Shown piece after piece: positions 1-10,889 of a stretch of DNA of 54,659 nt; positions within the stretch are counted from its first letter, which is position 1, and every line of letters starts with the position of its first letter. The stretch covers positions 482-55,140 of the forward strand of contig CAYUIS010000004.1 in assembly GCA_964444825.1 (NCBI GenBank), in the 5' to 3' direction. Under the pieces are notes generated by a model, which saw only the letters and a program-made list of their open reading frames with translations, did not search any database and was not told where the DNA came from. The position numbers were made by a program, and so were the translations under genes. The DNA comes from an uncultured Anaerolineales bacterium (GTDB lineage Bacteria; Chloroflexota; Anaerolineae; B4-G1).

Positions 1-1194
1 GAGGTCGGTGGGCTCCAGCTCGATCATCAGTGTGTAGGTCGTGTCGCCTTGTTGCACTACGGCGACCGGCGAGATCGTGACCACGCGCCCGTGGAGCGTC
101 TCGTCCCGAAAGGCATTCACGCGCACGCGGGCCTCCTGGCCCACCCGCACGCGGGCGATCTGCAACTCGCCCACGTTCTTGGTCTCGATGCGCCAGCGAG
201 ATACATCGAGCATCTCCACAACCGTTGCACCAGGCGCGGCCCACTCGCCCAAGCTGACCGGCACGGCCGAGACCACGCCGTCAAAGGGGGCCTCTAGGAT
301 CGCGCACTCCAGGTCTGCTTGGGCTGCCGCCAGCGCCAGTTCCGCCGCCTCTACCTCCACTGTCGCTGCCTCTATCTCTTTCTGCGCGGTCTGCACGTCT
401 AGCGGGTCCGCTCCCTCCAGCAGCAGCTCCAGACCGTCCTGGGCCTCCTGGTACGAGTGCTCCGCCTGCTCCACCGCGTTCCGTGCATCCTGCAACTGCG
501 CGTTCCCCTGCTGCCGGATCCGCTCCAGGTTCAGCTTTGTATCATCCAGCCGCTTCTGCGCCTGGTCCACGAACCAATAGTCCGGTTCCTCCCCCGATTC
601 GTACATCTCCAGCCGCGCCTCATACTTGTGCTGGACGTCCTCGTACACCCTCTCGGCGTCCTCCAGCGTCTCGTTCAGCAGCGTGCTGTTGAGCACCGCT
701 GCGATGTCGAACTGGGCGGCTTTCAGCGCGGCGCCAGCCTGGTCCACGGCGTGCTCCGCCTGCCGGATGTCCGTCTCGTCCGGGGGCTCCTGGAGTTGTC
801 TCAGCTTTAACTCTACTTGGCTGAGGCCGACCTGGGCTCGGTGGAGGTCGAGTTCTGCCTGGCCTATCGCCTGCTCCAGATCGGTCGTGTCCAGGCGGGC
901 CAGCGTCTGCCCGGCTCGCACGCCCCCGCCAATCTCGACTGCGACCATCTCAATGAAGCCTCCTACACCAAAGCTCAGTCTAACCTGCTGAGCGGGCAGC
1001 AGCACGCCGTTGGCGGTGATGCTACCAGAGGTCGATCCGGACATTGGATCGTTGTGGTCAGGCGCGCTGGTAGGTACAGGTGTGCTGATCCCATCTTTTC
1101 CACAGCCTGCCAGACAGAGACAAAAGACCAGCCCTCCCATCAGCAGCAGCTTTCCTATATTCCCACTTCCTTTGAACAAGATTCCTAGTCTCAT
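1..1194 (-). CDS. HlyD/efflux membrane-fusion (periplasmic adaptor) lipoprotein; 3' end runs off the window
   Basis: Not in the ORF track because it is truncated. Hand translation from the ATG at 1194 (RBS GGGAGA) gives MRLGILF...VFCLCLAGC (lipobox), ITANGVLLPAQQVRLSFGVGG...GQTLARLDT (lipoyl half), a long coiled coil, and ...GRVVTISPVAVVQQGDTTYTLMIELEPTDL (beta-barrel). Confidence 0.85.
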   Translation of the reverse strand, partial: MRLGILFKGSGNIGKLLLMGGLVFCLCLAGCGKDGISTPVPTSAPDHNDPMSGSTSGSITANGVLLPAQQVRLSFGVGGFIEMVAVEIGGGVRAGQTLARLDTTDLEQAIGQAELDLHRAQVGLSQVELKLRQLQEPPDETDIRQAEHAVDQAGAALKAAQFDIAAVLNSTLLNETLEDAERVYEDVQHKYEARLEMYESGEEPDYWFVDQAQKRLDDTKLNLERIRQQGNAQLQDARNAVEQAEHSYQEAQDGLELLLEGADPLDVQTAQKEIEAATVEVEAAELALAAAQADLECAILEAPFDGVVSAVPVSLGEWAAPGATVVEMLDVSRWRIETKNVGELQIARVRVGQEARVRVNAFRDETLHGRVVTISPVAVVQQGDTTYTLMIELEPTDL

Positions 1195-1200
1195 GTATTA

Positions 1201-1304
1201 TCTCCCGTTTTGCCTCTATGATACCAGTCGGGGCTGGGATTTTCCATAGGCACACGTCACGCTGTGCTTGTTATCGCCATCACATCCTACCGTGACACTG
1301 TCAT
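1201..1304 (-). promoter_or_regulatory. Promoter/operator element, copy 1 (upstream of the membrane-fusion gene)
   Basis: Ungapped 75/104 match (hand count) to 16782-16885. -10-like TATCAT at 1223-1218 and near-palindrome GTGACACTGTCAT at 1292-1304. Confidence 0.7.
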
Positions 1305-1311
1305 ATCTACA

Positions 1312-3657
1312 TCATCTTCTCTCGATAACTGCCACGGGGTCCAGCCTGTGCAGCATCCGCGCGATGGTGCCGGCGCTGGCCAGAGCGACGGCCAGCGGCA
1401 CGGGCGTCGTCAACAGCCAGGGAGTAAGGTTGAAAAAGTCCAGGGGCAGGCCGCGAGGTGCGTAGACGAGATTCTGCATGCCGACCAGCCCGACTCCACA
1501 TATCACAGCGCCAGCAAACCAGGCTATGCTGACTATACTACCGGTCTCTGCCATCGTGCGCAGCACGAGCCACCGGCGGCTGCGCCCCATGGCGTTCAGG
1601 ACGCCAAACTCCTCTCGACGCTGGGTGAAAAAGATGTGGTTCAACGTGGCCAGGGCCACCGCGGCCACGGCAGCAATCATACATTCAAGCAGGGCAAAAG
1701 TGACGGCGAGAGACGTCGTCGCTTCCCTGTACTCGCGCTCTTCCAGATTGTAGATGATGACGCGAGCTCGTGCCGGGTCCACGCTCTCCTCCAACCATCG
1801 ATCCAGCGCTGGCTTTTGCCCCTGGCGCGGGATGATCAGCAAGTGTGGGTTTCGAGATGAGGTGAGTTCGTGGCTGCGCAGATACTCGTAAGAAGCAAAT
1901 CCCACCCACGGGCGGTCGGGGGAGAGGATTCCTGTGATGATCATCTCGGTGGGGAGGTTGTCGGTAATGAGCGCATCGCCGGTGTCGGTATTCCCTCCTA
2001 TTACGTCGCCCACGTGTAGGTCACGGTTGGTGGCGATGGCCGCCGACAGCACGATCTCGTTGGTGCGAGGTCGAGGTAGGTGGCCTTTTTGCACCTGTAC
2101 GTCGAACAAGTCCAGGAGAATAGGTAGATCGGTTTCGGAAACGCCATAGATTCTGACGTCGATCCCGCCGCCTGGAGGGATGATCATCTGCATGCCAAGC
2201 GGAATGGCCGGGATGATCTGTTCCACCGCTTGGTGGCTCCCGACTTGGCCCACGACGCCGGGATCGAGCTCAACTTGGGATGAAGCGACTACGCTGACGT
2301 GTTGCAGATAGTCCAGGTATGGCAGCATAGCATCTGTCATGGCCGACAGCAGAAACACCGGAAAGGTGATGCCCACTATCATGAGCGCGGTGCTGAGGAT
2401 CATCAGCACCGCGCGCCGCCGGTGGCGCTGGTAAAAGGTGAGGGATGATAGCGGCTTGACCGACGAGCCTTTCACTGCCCGGTGTCCTTTTGGCTCTTCG
2501 CTCAGTTTGCCCTGCTCGACGATGGCAACGGCGTCCAACCGGGCAAAGATGCGCCTGATATTCATAAACGTCAGGGCGATGGTGATCAGGGGGATGGGTA
2601 GCACAAAGCAGAAAGGTGCCAGGTTGAGCAGATTCAGTTCCATGCCCAGGTTGTAGAAAAGGCTGTTCTTGAGCCATCCCATAGCCGCGAGAGCGATCCC
2701 CAACCCAACCAGGTATCCGAACCCGGCCATGGCTGACGTCTCCAGAGTCAGGCGGCGGGTCAGATGCTTTTTCGTGCGCCCCAGGGCGTGCAGCAGGCCG
2801 AATTCGCTCAGTCGCCTGGCCAGGGCGATCCGGTTGATGACGCCGATGACAAAGGCTACGGCGACGGCCACTATGCTGTTGACGGCGCCGAAAATGACGT
2901 ATACTGCGACGTGTGCCATCTTCAAGAACTCCATAAGCATGGCGAACGTCTCCACCTCGGTGTATTTGGATCTGACCGCCGTTTCCAAAAAGTCGTCCAC
3001 GGCGGCTTTGCGTCCTCCCTTGGCAATGACGAGTAGGCTGGTCGCGCGGGGGGCGTACAGCTCGTGGCCGTCTAGATACTCGGCTGAGACAAAGCCCAGA
3101 CGCACGCTTGGTCCTGGACTAGCCTGTGGATCGCCTTCCAGGATACCTACCAGCACCAGAGGCGCGGAAACGAGCTCATAGTAATCCTGGTCGATCGCGC
3201 GCCCGATCTCGCTGCCAAGCTCCAGGTTCAACACGCGGGCGATCTCTTCAGAGAGCACAATCTCGTTGGTGCGCGGCTCGAACATGCGCCCTTCTTTTAG
3301 CCGTGCGCTGCAGTGTTGCATGATGTACTCTGCGTCTTCCGGTGAGACGCCCAACAACCGTTGCGAATCTGTCCCGAGCAGGGAGGGCAAGGTAATCCCT
3401 AGCCCGTTGTCTGGAATCGCGCGCGCTACGTCCGGGTGGGTCTGGATTTGCGAGACTATGGCCGGATCGAGCGCAGTTCTGGCGGGAACCACTCGGCTGA
3501 GCCTGGTCAAGTAGCTGACGTTGGCGCGCAAGGGGATGGTATCGAGCACAGCGACGAGGACAAACAACCCTACCGTGGCCAGGCTGATGAGGGCGATCTG
3601 CAGCAGTGCGCTCCGCTTGTGGCGACGGTAGTAGGTGAAAGGTGATAATGGATTCAT
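1312..3657 (-). CDS. FtsX/MacB-like ABC transporter permease, double-unit, paralog 6
   Basis: 781 aa with two homologous halves (TM - large extracytoplasmic domain with GRxxxPRTNEI - EFGxLxAxG + 3 TM - LDxVxxxE). Confidence 0.9.
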   Translation of the reverse strand: MNPLSPFTYYRRHKRSALLQIALISLATVGLFVLVAVLDTIPLRANVSYLTRLSRVVPARTALDPAIVSQIQTHPDVARAIPDNGLGITLPSLLGTDSQRLLGVSPEDAEYIMQHCSARLKEGRMFEPRTNEIVLSEEIARVLNLELGSEIGRAIDQDYYELVSAPLVLVGILEGDPQASPGPSVRLGFVSAEYLDGHELYAPRATSLLVIAKGGRKAAVDDFLETAVRSKYTEVETFAMLMEFLKMAHVAVYVIFGAVNSIVAVAVAFVIGVINRIALARRLSEFGLLHALGRTKKHLTRRLTLETSAMAGFGYLVGLGIALAAMGWLKNSLFYNLGMELNLLNLAPFCFVLPIPLITIALTFMNIRRIFARLDAVAIVEQGKLSEEPKGHRAVKGSSVKPLSSLTFYQRHRRRAVLMILSTALMIVGITFPVFLLSAMTDAMLPYLDYLQHVSVVASSQVELDPGVVGQVGSHQAVEQIIPAIPLGMQMIIPPGGGIDVRIYGVSETDLPILLDLFDVQVQKGHLPRPRTNEIVLSAAIATNRDLHVGDVIGGNTDTGDALITDNLPTEMIITGILSPDRPWVGFASYEYLRSHELTSSRNPHLLIIPRQGQKPALDRWLEESVDPARARVIIYNLEEREYREATTSLAVTFALLECMIAAVAAVALATLNHIFFTQRREEFGVLNAMGRSRRWLVLRTMAETGSIVSIAWFAGAVICGVGLVGMQNLVYAPRGLPLDFFNLTPWLLTTPVPLAVALASAGTIARMLHRLDPVAVIERR

Positions 3658-3659
3658 CT

Positions 3660-6068
3660 CTATTTCCTCTCGATAATGGACACGGGATCAAGTTTGGACA
3701 GCGTCCGGGCGATCGTGCCAGTGCTGGCGGCCACGACGGCCAGCGGGATGGGGAACGTGAACAGCCACGGTCTGATGTTGAGTAAATCCAGTCTGCTGCC
3801 CATGCCCACACAGACGTTGCTTTGGTAGAACAGGAAAGCCACACAGAGAGCAGCTCCCACCAACCAGGCCACACTTACAACGCCCACGCTCTCGCGCAGG
3901 GTGCGCGTGAGCAACCGGGTGCGGCTGTGGCCTACTGCGTATAGAATCCCAAACTCGTCTCGGCGTTGTGTAAAAAAGATCGTGTTCAGGATGGACAGCC
4001 CAATGATGGCGACGGTGACGATAAAGGCCTCAGTGAGAACCATAATCTGCAGTCCGTCTCGCTCGCCCTCCCGATGGGTCTGATAGTTTTTACGGAAGGT
4101 CGTTACAGATACACGCGGGGAGGCGATGCTTTCCTCCAGCCACGCTTCCACCTCGGGTTCGCGTCCCTCAACCGGTAGGACCAGCGCGTGCGTGGGCACA
4201 GCGGCGTAGCGTTCGTGAGCCTCCACGTACTCGTACGAAGCGAATCCGGCCCATTGAGAGGCAGGGGGGATGTCGTATCCCTCTCGTTCCGCAAGTGCGG
4301 GTTTGTCCGACTTGAGCAGGCCTACGACGCGCATCTCTGTGGGCATACCGTCCCGCTCGTTGACTGGCTTGCCGACCGCATCGCCCACGCCGAGCCTGCG
4401 GTTGTGGGCCAGCCCGCTGGTCAGGATGACCTGGTTGGACTGTGGTTGGGTCAACTCCCCGGCGCTCAGGCACAGGTCATACGCATCCAAAAGGATCTGC
4501 AGATCCCCTTCGCGCACGGCGTAAATGGTCATCGGCAGCTCGCCCAGCGTGGGAATATCGACCACCATGCTCAGGGGTTTGACGGGGACCACGTGGGCGA
4601 CGTCTGGATGGACCCTGATCTGGGCGAGAACGTCGGCGCCCACGGCGCGATACATATTACCCGGCGAGACAATGCTTGCCTGGCCTGTGTAACTGAGGAT
4701 GTATGGCATCATTGCATCGGTGGACGTACTGATGACGAATGCCGGCAGGGCCACGCTAAAAACCATCAACCCAACCGCCACGACCAGCATAAGACCCCGG
4801 CGGCGGTGGCGTAGATAGAACAGCCGTGACGACAGAGGGCTAGATGACGAATTCCCTACCTCTTGCTGTTTGTCCTTTGCCTCTTCCATACTGAGCTTGC
4901 CGCGTTCGATGATAGTCACAGGGTCCAGGCGCTTGAGCAGGTGGTTGACGCTCACATTGACCCAAACGATGACAAGGAGCGGGGTTGGAAGCGTGAACAG
5001 GAGCGGTGTAAGGTCTGCCAGGTCGATGGCCGACCCTCTGACCGCGAAAAAGGTGGAATTGAGCAGTGCGGAAAACGTGTATCCTCCCAGTAGCCCCATT
5101 CCCCACCCGGCACAGGCAATCGCGGCGATCTCGATCGCCAGGCGACGAACGAGGCGGCGTTTCTCATACCCCACGGCGTGGAGCAGGCCGAATTCGGATA
5201 ATCGGTGCGTGACTGCAATTCGATTGATCATCCCTACGACCAACGCGGCTGCCGCGGCCACGAGGACGTCCGCAAAGCCGTACATAACATTGAAGGAGTG
5301 TTGGAACGTCTGCATCGCTTGCGTCTCGCCTTCGTACGTTTCCAGAAGCACGGACGTTGATTCACCGCTCTTTTCGATGATGCTGAGTGCAAAGTCGTTC
5401 ACAGCCGTCCTGCTCCCCTGGCGGGGGATGACGAGTAAGTTGGACAAGCGCGGCTGGTATAACTCGTGACTGTCGAGGTATTCGTACGATACAAAGCCTG
5501 CCCGAACCTCTGGCCCGGCGGCTGAGGGAACGCTCTCCAAAATGCCTACCAGCGTCAACTCTGTCAAGATGGTCGGGTAGTGATCCTCGTCGGTCTCGTG
5601 GCTGACGGAATCACCGATCTGCAGGCCCAGTGTGCGGACGAGCTGTTCGGAGAGGATGATCTCGGCTGCCCGTGGCTCGACCAAGCGGCCCGTTTTCAGC
5701 CGTAGGTCACAGGCGTCGATCACCACCGGCAAGTTGGCCTCGGTCACGCCCAGTATTGGGAACTCGGAGACCCCGATCACTGCCGGAGCGTTGGCCTGCA
5801 GGCCGTTTTCGGAAAAGACATAGTCGACGCCCTCGTGCGCTCGAATCTGATTGGCGATAGCCGCGATAGTCGAGTCCGACGTCCCGCCGAACGATAACCG
5901 GCTCATCCTGGTCAGGTAACGAACAGAATGGTAGTAAGTCTCCCCTATGACGTTCGTCAGGCTATACATCATATGAACGCCTAGCGTCAACGCGGCGATC
6001 AGTCCCACCAACAGCAGCGCCCGGCGCTTGTGGCGGCGATAGTAGGTGAAAGGCGAGAGTGGATTCAT
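3660..6068 (-). CDS. FtsX/MacB-like ABC transporter permease, paralog 5
   Basis: Start moved to the MNPLSP ATG at 6068 by paralog comparison; same double-FtsX architecture. Confidence 0.9.
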   Translation of the reverse strand: MNPLSPFTYYRRHKRRALLLVGLIAALTLGVHMMYSLTNVIGETYYHSVRYLTRMSRLSFGGTSDSTIAAIANQIRAHEGVDYVFSENGLQANAPAVIGVSEFPILGVTEANLPVVIDACDLRLKTGRLVEPRAAEIILSEQLVRTLGLQIGDSVSHETDEDHYPTILTELTLVGILESVPSAAGPEVRAGFVSYEYLDSHELYQPRLSNLLVIPRQGSRTAVNDFALSIIEKSGESTSVLLETYEGETQAMQTFQHSFNVMYGFADVLVAAAAALVVGMINRIAVTHRLSEFGLLHAVGYEKRRLVRRLAIEIAAIACAGWGMGLLGGYTFSALLNSTFFAVRGSAIDLADLTPLLFTLPTPLLVIVWVNVSVNHLLKRLDPVTIIERGKLSMEEAKDKQQEVGNSSSSPLSSRLFYLRHRRRGLMLVVAVGLMVFSVALPAFVISTSTDAMMPYILSYTGQASIVSPGNMYRAVGADVLAQIRVHPDVAHVVPVKPLSMVVDIPTLGELPMTIYAVREGDLQILLDAYDLCLSAGELTQPQSNQVILTSGLAHNRRLGVGDAVGKPVNERDGMPTEMRVVGLLKSDKPALAEREGYDIPPASQWAGFASYEYVEAHERYAAVPTHALVLPVEGREPEVEAWLEESIASPRVSVTTFRKNYQTHREGERDGLQIMVLTEAFIVTVAIIGLSILNTIFFTQRRDEFGILYAVGHSRTRLLTRTLRESVGVVSVAWLVGAALCVAFLFYQSNVCVGMGSRLDLLNIRPWLFTFPIPLAVVAASTGTIARTLSKLDPVSIIERK

Positions 6069-6075
6069 TCCGTGC

Positions 6076-8475
6076 TTATCTCCTCTCAATGATCGCCACC
6101 GGGTCGAGTCGTGAGAGCGCCCAGGCCACGGCGCCGGCGCTGACCACGAACACCGCCACGGGTATCGGCAGTGTGAACAACCAAGGGGTGAGATTAAAAA
6201 AGTTGAGCCTCATGCCGGCCGGGGCGTATAGGCCATATTGCAGGTAGGCCAGGATGATGGCGCATCCGAGCAGCCCGAACAGCCAGGCCACGCCGGTGGT
6301 AAAGAGGTTCTCGCGCGCAACGCGCCACACCAATTGCAGCCGGCCAAAACCCAGCGCGTTCAACACGCCAAACTCGGCCTGCCGCTGCGTGACAAAGATA
6401 TAGTTGAGACCTGCCAGGGCCAGGGCCGCCACCAGGGCAATGATGCTTTGCATCAGCGAAAAGGTAAACAACGCGGTGTTCATCGCTTCCTGAAACCAGG
6501 TCTGCTGCTTGCCATAGGTGAGCACGAAACGCCGCTCTCGGGCGATTTGACTCTCCAGCCAGGCGTCGAGGGCCGCCTTTTGCCCGGCCTTGGGCACGAC
6601 GATGAGGGAGAGATCGGTTCTCCAGTCACTCTGGTAGCTGTCGATGAACTCTATAGACATAAAGCTCAACCAGACGTCCTCGGCTGGATCCTCGGCTCGG
6701 GCAAAGATGCCCGAAACCACCAGCTCGGAGGGCAGTGTGGGTGCGTTTGGGTAGATGGGAAAGTCCCGATTGCCGATCACGTCGCCCACCTGGAGGTCCC
6801 GGTTTTTGGCGGCGGTCCAGGGAATGACGATTTCGTTGGTGTTGGGGCGCGGCAGGCGGCCTTCATCTAGCGCCAGACTGTAGAGCTCTATCAGGTAAGC
6901 CATATCCTCCGCCGTGACGCCATAGGTCTCGAGGGGCGAGTCGTCCCGTATGAGCGGCGTGGCGAGTCCCAGAGGTGAAACGATGGCGACGGGAATCGCC
7001 CGCTCCACCGCCGGGTGGGCGCGGATCTGGGCCATCTCCGCCGCCTCCAGCGGCAGGCCCTTGGGAGAGACCCTGCTCGTCCGATTCAGGTTGGCGAGCA
7101 CCGGCAGCGCACCATCCCAGACGGATCCGATGACAAAGACGAGTCCCGCTGTGCCCACAATCATCAGGGCCATCGCACCGATGAGCGTCGCTGCCCGGCG
7201 CGAATGCCGCTGGTAAAAGGTCGCCGTTGCCAGCGGGCGGGGCAGCGTCTTGGCCCGGACGCGGTCTGTCCGGCCGGATCGCGGGCGACCAGACCGCGCC
7301 TCTTCCAGGCTCAACTCGCCCCGCTCGACGATCGTCACGGCGTCCAAACGACTCAGGGCGCGGATGGCGGTGAGAAGCGTAAAGCCAATCACCACCAGTG
7401 GCATGGGCGCTACAAACAGGAGCGCCGTTATCTGAAGCGGGTTGAAAGCAAAGCCTTGGGGCGCGTAGACGGCCGCGCTCAGGGCGGCCATTCCGCCCCA
7501 CGACGCCAGGATGCCCAACACCCAGCCGGCGAGTGCCAGCCCGGCCGTTTCCAGCGTCAGGCGGCGCGCCAACCAGCCTTTGCTCCGGCCAACGGCGTGC
7601 AGGGTGCCGAACTCGGGCAGTCGCCGCATGAAGGCAAGCTGATTGATCGCGCCGATGACCAGCGTGACGGCTGTCGTCACCAGCAGCATGATCGGGGAAA
7701 GAAGCGCATACAGGGTCGCCTGAGACCTCACCGCGGCTTGTTCCACGAGCTTGTGTGTATAGACATCGGTTCGGGAGCTGCGAATGGTCTGCCGGAGAAA
7801 GTCATCCACCGCCGCCTCACGGCCTGGGCGGGCGATGACCAAGAGGCCGTAGCGGGCCAGGTCGCGATAGCGTTCGTGGCTATCCAGATATTCGTACGAA
7901 ATAACCCCCAGCCGGACGTCGCCGGAGAGAATGCCCACCACCTGCAAGGGGCTGACGATATTGGCGTAATGGGCAAAGAATGCGTCCTCGTCGTCTTGTG
8001 TCTCGTCGAATGTATCGCCGATTTCCAGGTCCAGCGCCGTGGCGATTGCCTGAGAGAGCGCGACGCCGTTGGTGCGCGGCCGCGGCAGTTCGCCTTCGAC
8101 AAGGGTGACGCCGCTCTGGGCCAGCACCGTGCCCACGTCCGCTTCCCGCAGGCCGAGCAGGCGAAAGTAAAAGCCGAGGCCCCCCACGTTTGGCACGGCG
8201 ATCTCAACGTTGTTTTGCGGCAGCACCTGAGCCACGTCCGGGTGCGCGCGAATCTGGGCGGCGACAGCCGGGTCCGGCGGTAATCCCATATCCGGCTGCA
8301 CCAGGCTGAAATTGCTCAGATAGCGGTTAATGGTATAGTCGGGCGTGACAAAGGATTCCTGAAACAGGCCGGCGAGCAGGTAAAGGCCCATGACCGCCAG
8401 GGCCAACAAAACGATCAGCATCAATGTCTGGCCTTTGTGGCGGCGGTAGTAGGTGAAGGGTGAGAGTGGGTTCAT
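6076..8475 (-). CDS. FtsX/MacB-like ABC transporter permease, paralog 4
   Basis: 799 aa; MNPLSPFTYYRRHK start, two EFGxLxAxG motifs, LDPVAIIERR end. Confidence 0.9.
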   Translation of the reverse strand: MNPLSPFTYYRRHKGQTLMLIVLLALAVMGLYLLAGLFQESFVTPDYTINRYLSNFSLVQPDMGLPPDPAVAAQIRAHPDVAQVLPQNNVEIAVPNVGGLGFYFRLLGLREADVGTVLAQSGVTLVEGELPRPRTNGVALSQAIATALDLEIGDTFDETQDDEDAFFAHYANIVSPLQVVGILSGDVRLGVISYEYLDSHERYRDLARYGLLVIARPGREAAVDDFLRQTIRSSRTDVYTHKLVEQAAVRSQATLYALLSPIMLLVTTAVTLVIGAINQLAFMRRLPEFGTLHAVGRSKGWLARRLTLETAGLALAGWVLGILASWGGMAALSAAVYAPQGFAFNPLQITALLFVAPMPLVVIGFTLLTAIRALSRLDAVTIVERGELSLEEARSGRPRSGRTDRVRAKTLPRPLATATFYQRHSRRAATLIGAMALMIVGTAGLVFVIGSVWDGALPVLANLNRTSRVSPKGLPLEAAEMAQIRAHPAVERAIPVAIVSPLGLATPLIRDDSPLETYGVTAEDMAYLIELYSLALDEGRLPRPNTNEIVIPWTAAKNRDLQVGDVIGNRDFPIYPNAPTLPSELVVSGIFARAEDPAEDVWLSFMSIEFIDSYQSDWRTDLSLIVVPKAGQKAALDAWLESQIARERRFVLTYGKQQTWFQEAMNTALFTFSLMQSIIALVAALALAGLNYIFVTQRQAEFGVLNALGFGRLQLVWRVARENLFTTGVAWLFGLLGCAIILAYLQYGLYAPAGMRLNFFNLTPWLFTLPIPVAVFVVSAGAVAWALSRLDPVAIIERR

Positions 8476-8481
8476 TTCGAA

Positions 8482-10887
8482 CTATCGCCTCTCGATCACG
8501 GCCACCGGGTCGAGCCGCGAGAGCGCCCAGCCCACTGTGCCCACACTGACGGCGACGACGACCAAGGGGATGGGCAGTGTGAACAGCCACGGCATGGGAT
8601 TGGAAAAGTCCATGCTCATACCTACTGGCGAGAGGATGTCGGCCTGGATCCAGAACACACCGATCATACAAAGGATGGCTCCTATCAGCCAGGCCACGCC
8701 TACGACGCTCACACTCTCTTGCAGGGTGCGTGTGGTGAGCCTCAGGCGGCTGTGGCCTACTGCGTGCAATGTCCCGAACTCGTCCCGGCGCTGCGAGAAA
8801 AAGATCGTGTTCAAAGTGATCAGCGCAATGGCCGCGACCGCAGCTAAGATGACCTCGGTGATGGCAAGGAACAGCAAGTAGCCTTGCCCTGTTCTTTGCC
8901 ATTCTCGATAGCTCGTGCCGAGGGTCGTCACGTTCACGCGCGGGGAGTCGATGCTCTCCTCCAACCACGCCTCCATCTCGGATTCACGTCCCTCGACAGG
9001 GATGATGAGGGCGTGGGTAGGCACAACGGCATAGCGCTCGTGATCCTCCACGAATTCGTACGAGGCGAACCCTACCCATCGAGGTGTGGGGGGCAAGTTA
9101 TATCCCTCTCGTTCTGCCAGCGCAGGGCCGGTTGACTCCAACAGACCGACAACGACCATCTCTGTAGGGAACCCATCCCGCTCACACACCGGCTCACCGA
9201 CCACATCGCCCACGTTCACGCCCCGGTTCTGGGCAAGGGTGTGGGTCAAGATGAGCTGGTTGGATCGCGGTTGAATTAGATTTCCTTCATCGAGATACAA
9301 GCCATACACGTCCAGCAGCAGGTGCAGATCCTGCTCGCGTACTGCGTAGACAGGCGTCTGCCATTCTATCCCCGGAGGAATGGTGATCTTGATGCCCAAA
9401 GCCCTGACGGGAATCACGTGCGCGACTGCCGGATTGGCCTTGATCTGGGCGAGTACGGTGGGATCCACGGTGCGCTGGGAGCCGCTTGGCGAGACCACAC
9501 CGGCCTGGCTCGAGTAGCTGAGGGCAAGAGGTGCCACTGCATCATTCATCATGTTGAGAATGAATGCGGGAAAGGCCACGCCCGAGACCATCAGCCCGGT
9601 TGCCATGATCAACATGAGCCCCCGGCGGCGATGGCGTGCGTAGAACGTCAGCGCTGAGAGCGGCTTGGACGGCACCTTTCTCACTTTTCTTTTGGGCTGA
9701 TCCTCCTCCCCGCCCAGTTTGCCGCGTTCGATGATGGCGATGGCGTCTAGGCGATTCAAGAGCCGGTTCACGCTCACATAAACCCAGACGACGACGACGA
9801 GCGGGATAGGGAGTGTGAGCAGGAATGGAATCGGGTTTGCCACGTTCATGACCCACCCGTGGGCTGCCCAGTAGGTGTTCTTGAGCAGAATCAAGGAAAC
9901 GTGTGCACCAACCAGGCCAACGCCCCATCCTACGCAGGCGGTGGTGGTGACCTCGAGCACCAAGCGCCGAACCAAGCCCCACTTCTGATAGCCCACTGCC
10001 TGAAGCAGGCCGAACTCGGGCAATCGCTGCGTAATCGCGATCCGGTTGATCATCCCCACGACTAATGCGATGGCCACGGTCACAAGGACATCCACAGAGC
10101 CATAGATCGCAACCTGGACAGGCCGCAGATGCTGGATATGCTCGCTCGCGCGCTCGAACGTCTCCAGGCGCACGGACGTCGCTCCGCCGTTCTCTTGAAC
10201 CAGTGGTTCCAGGTAATCGTTAACGCTTTTCCGGCTCCCTTCACCGGGAATGATGAGCAACCCAGGCAGGCGTGGCTGGTACAACTCGTGACTGTCGAGG
10301 TACTCGTAGGGTACAAAACCTACTCGGACCTGCGGCTCTGCATCAGGAATGCTCTCCAGAATGCCCACCAGCGTCAGTTCTGTCATAATGCCTGGGTAGG
10401 CACTCTCATCGATCTCGTAGCTGACCGGGTCGCCAATCCGCAGATCCAGCGCGCGGGCGAGTTCCTCCGAGAGAATGATCTCACCTGCACGTGGATCGGT
10501 CAGGCGACCATCTTTCAACCGCAGATCGCAGGCTGTCATCACCAGGGGCAGGTCCACTTCGGTGACTCCAAGGAGGGGAAAGGGGGAAGGACCACCTGGC
10601 TGTGGGACGATAACACTCAGGCCGTTCTCGGGGATGGTATGGTCGATATCTGGGTGTGGTCGAATCCCTCCCGCGATAGCTGCGACACTTGAACCCGTCT
10701 CTCCGGTAGCCGATATGCGGCTCATTCTGGTCAGATAGTGGTGCGGGTAGTAGGCGTTTTCTATGCCGGTATTCAGTATGTGCGCCATCGAATAGAGGCC
10801 TAGCGTCAACGAGGCGACCAACCCTATCAGCAGCAGCGCAGCACGCTTGTGGCGGCGATAGTAGGTCACGGGCGACAAGGGATTCAT
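8482..10887 (-). CDS. FtsX/MacB-like ABC transporter permease, paralog 3
   Basis: 801 aa; same motifs and architecture as the other paralogs. Confidence 0.9.
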   Translation of the reverse strand: MNPLSPVTYYRRHKRAALLLIGLVASLTLGLYSMAHILNTGIENAYYPHHYLTRMSRISATGETGSSVAAIAGGIRPHPDIDHTIPENGLSVIVPQPGGPSPFPLLGVTEVDLPLVMTACDLRLKDGRLTDPRAGEIILSEELARALDLRIGDPVSYEIDESAYPGIMTELTLVGILESIPDAEPQVRVGFVPYEYLDSHELYQPRLPGLLIIPGEGSRKSVNDYLEPLVQENGGATSVRLETFERASEHIQHLRPVQVAIYGSVDVLVTVAIALVVGMINRIAITQRLPEFGLLQAVGYQKWGLVRRLVLEVTTTACVGWGVGLVGAHVSLILLKNTYWAAHGWVMNVANPIPFLLTLPIPLVVVVWVYVSVNRLLNRLDAIAIIERGKLGGEEDQPKRKVRKVPSKPLSALTFYARHRRRGLMLIMATGLMVSGVAFPAFILNMMNDAVAPLALSYSSQAGVVSPSGSQRTVDPTVLAQIKANPAVAHVIPVRALGIKITIPPGIEWQTPVYAVREQDLHLLLDVYGLYLDEGNLIQPRSNQLILTHTLAQNRGVNVGDVVGEPVCERDGFPTEMVVVGLLESTGPALAEREGYNLPPTPRWVGFASYEFVEDHERYAVVPTHALIIPVEGRESEMEAWLEESIDSPRVNVTTLGTSYREWQRTGQGYLLFLAITEVILAAVAAIALITLNTIFFSQRRDEFGTLHAVGHSRLRLTTRTLQESVSVVGVAWLIGAILCMIGVFWIQADILSPVGMSMDFSNPMPWLFTLPIPLVVVAVSVGTVGWALSRLDPVAVIERR

Positions 10888-10889
10888 CG

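Noticed and set aside
7015-8283. 422-aa plus-strand ORF, and similar long ORFs at 40290-41378, 44600-45652 and 50955-52103
   Set aside because: Antisense shadows of well-supported minus-strand genes in high-GC DNA; no recognisable motifs.
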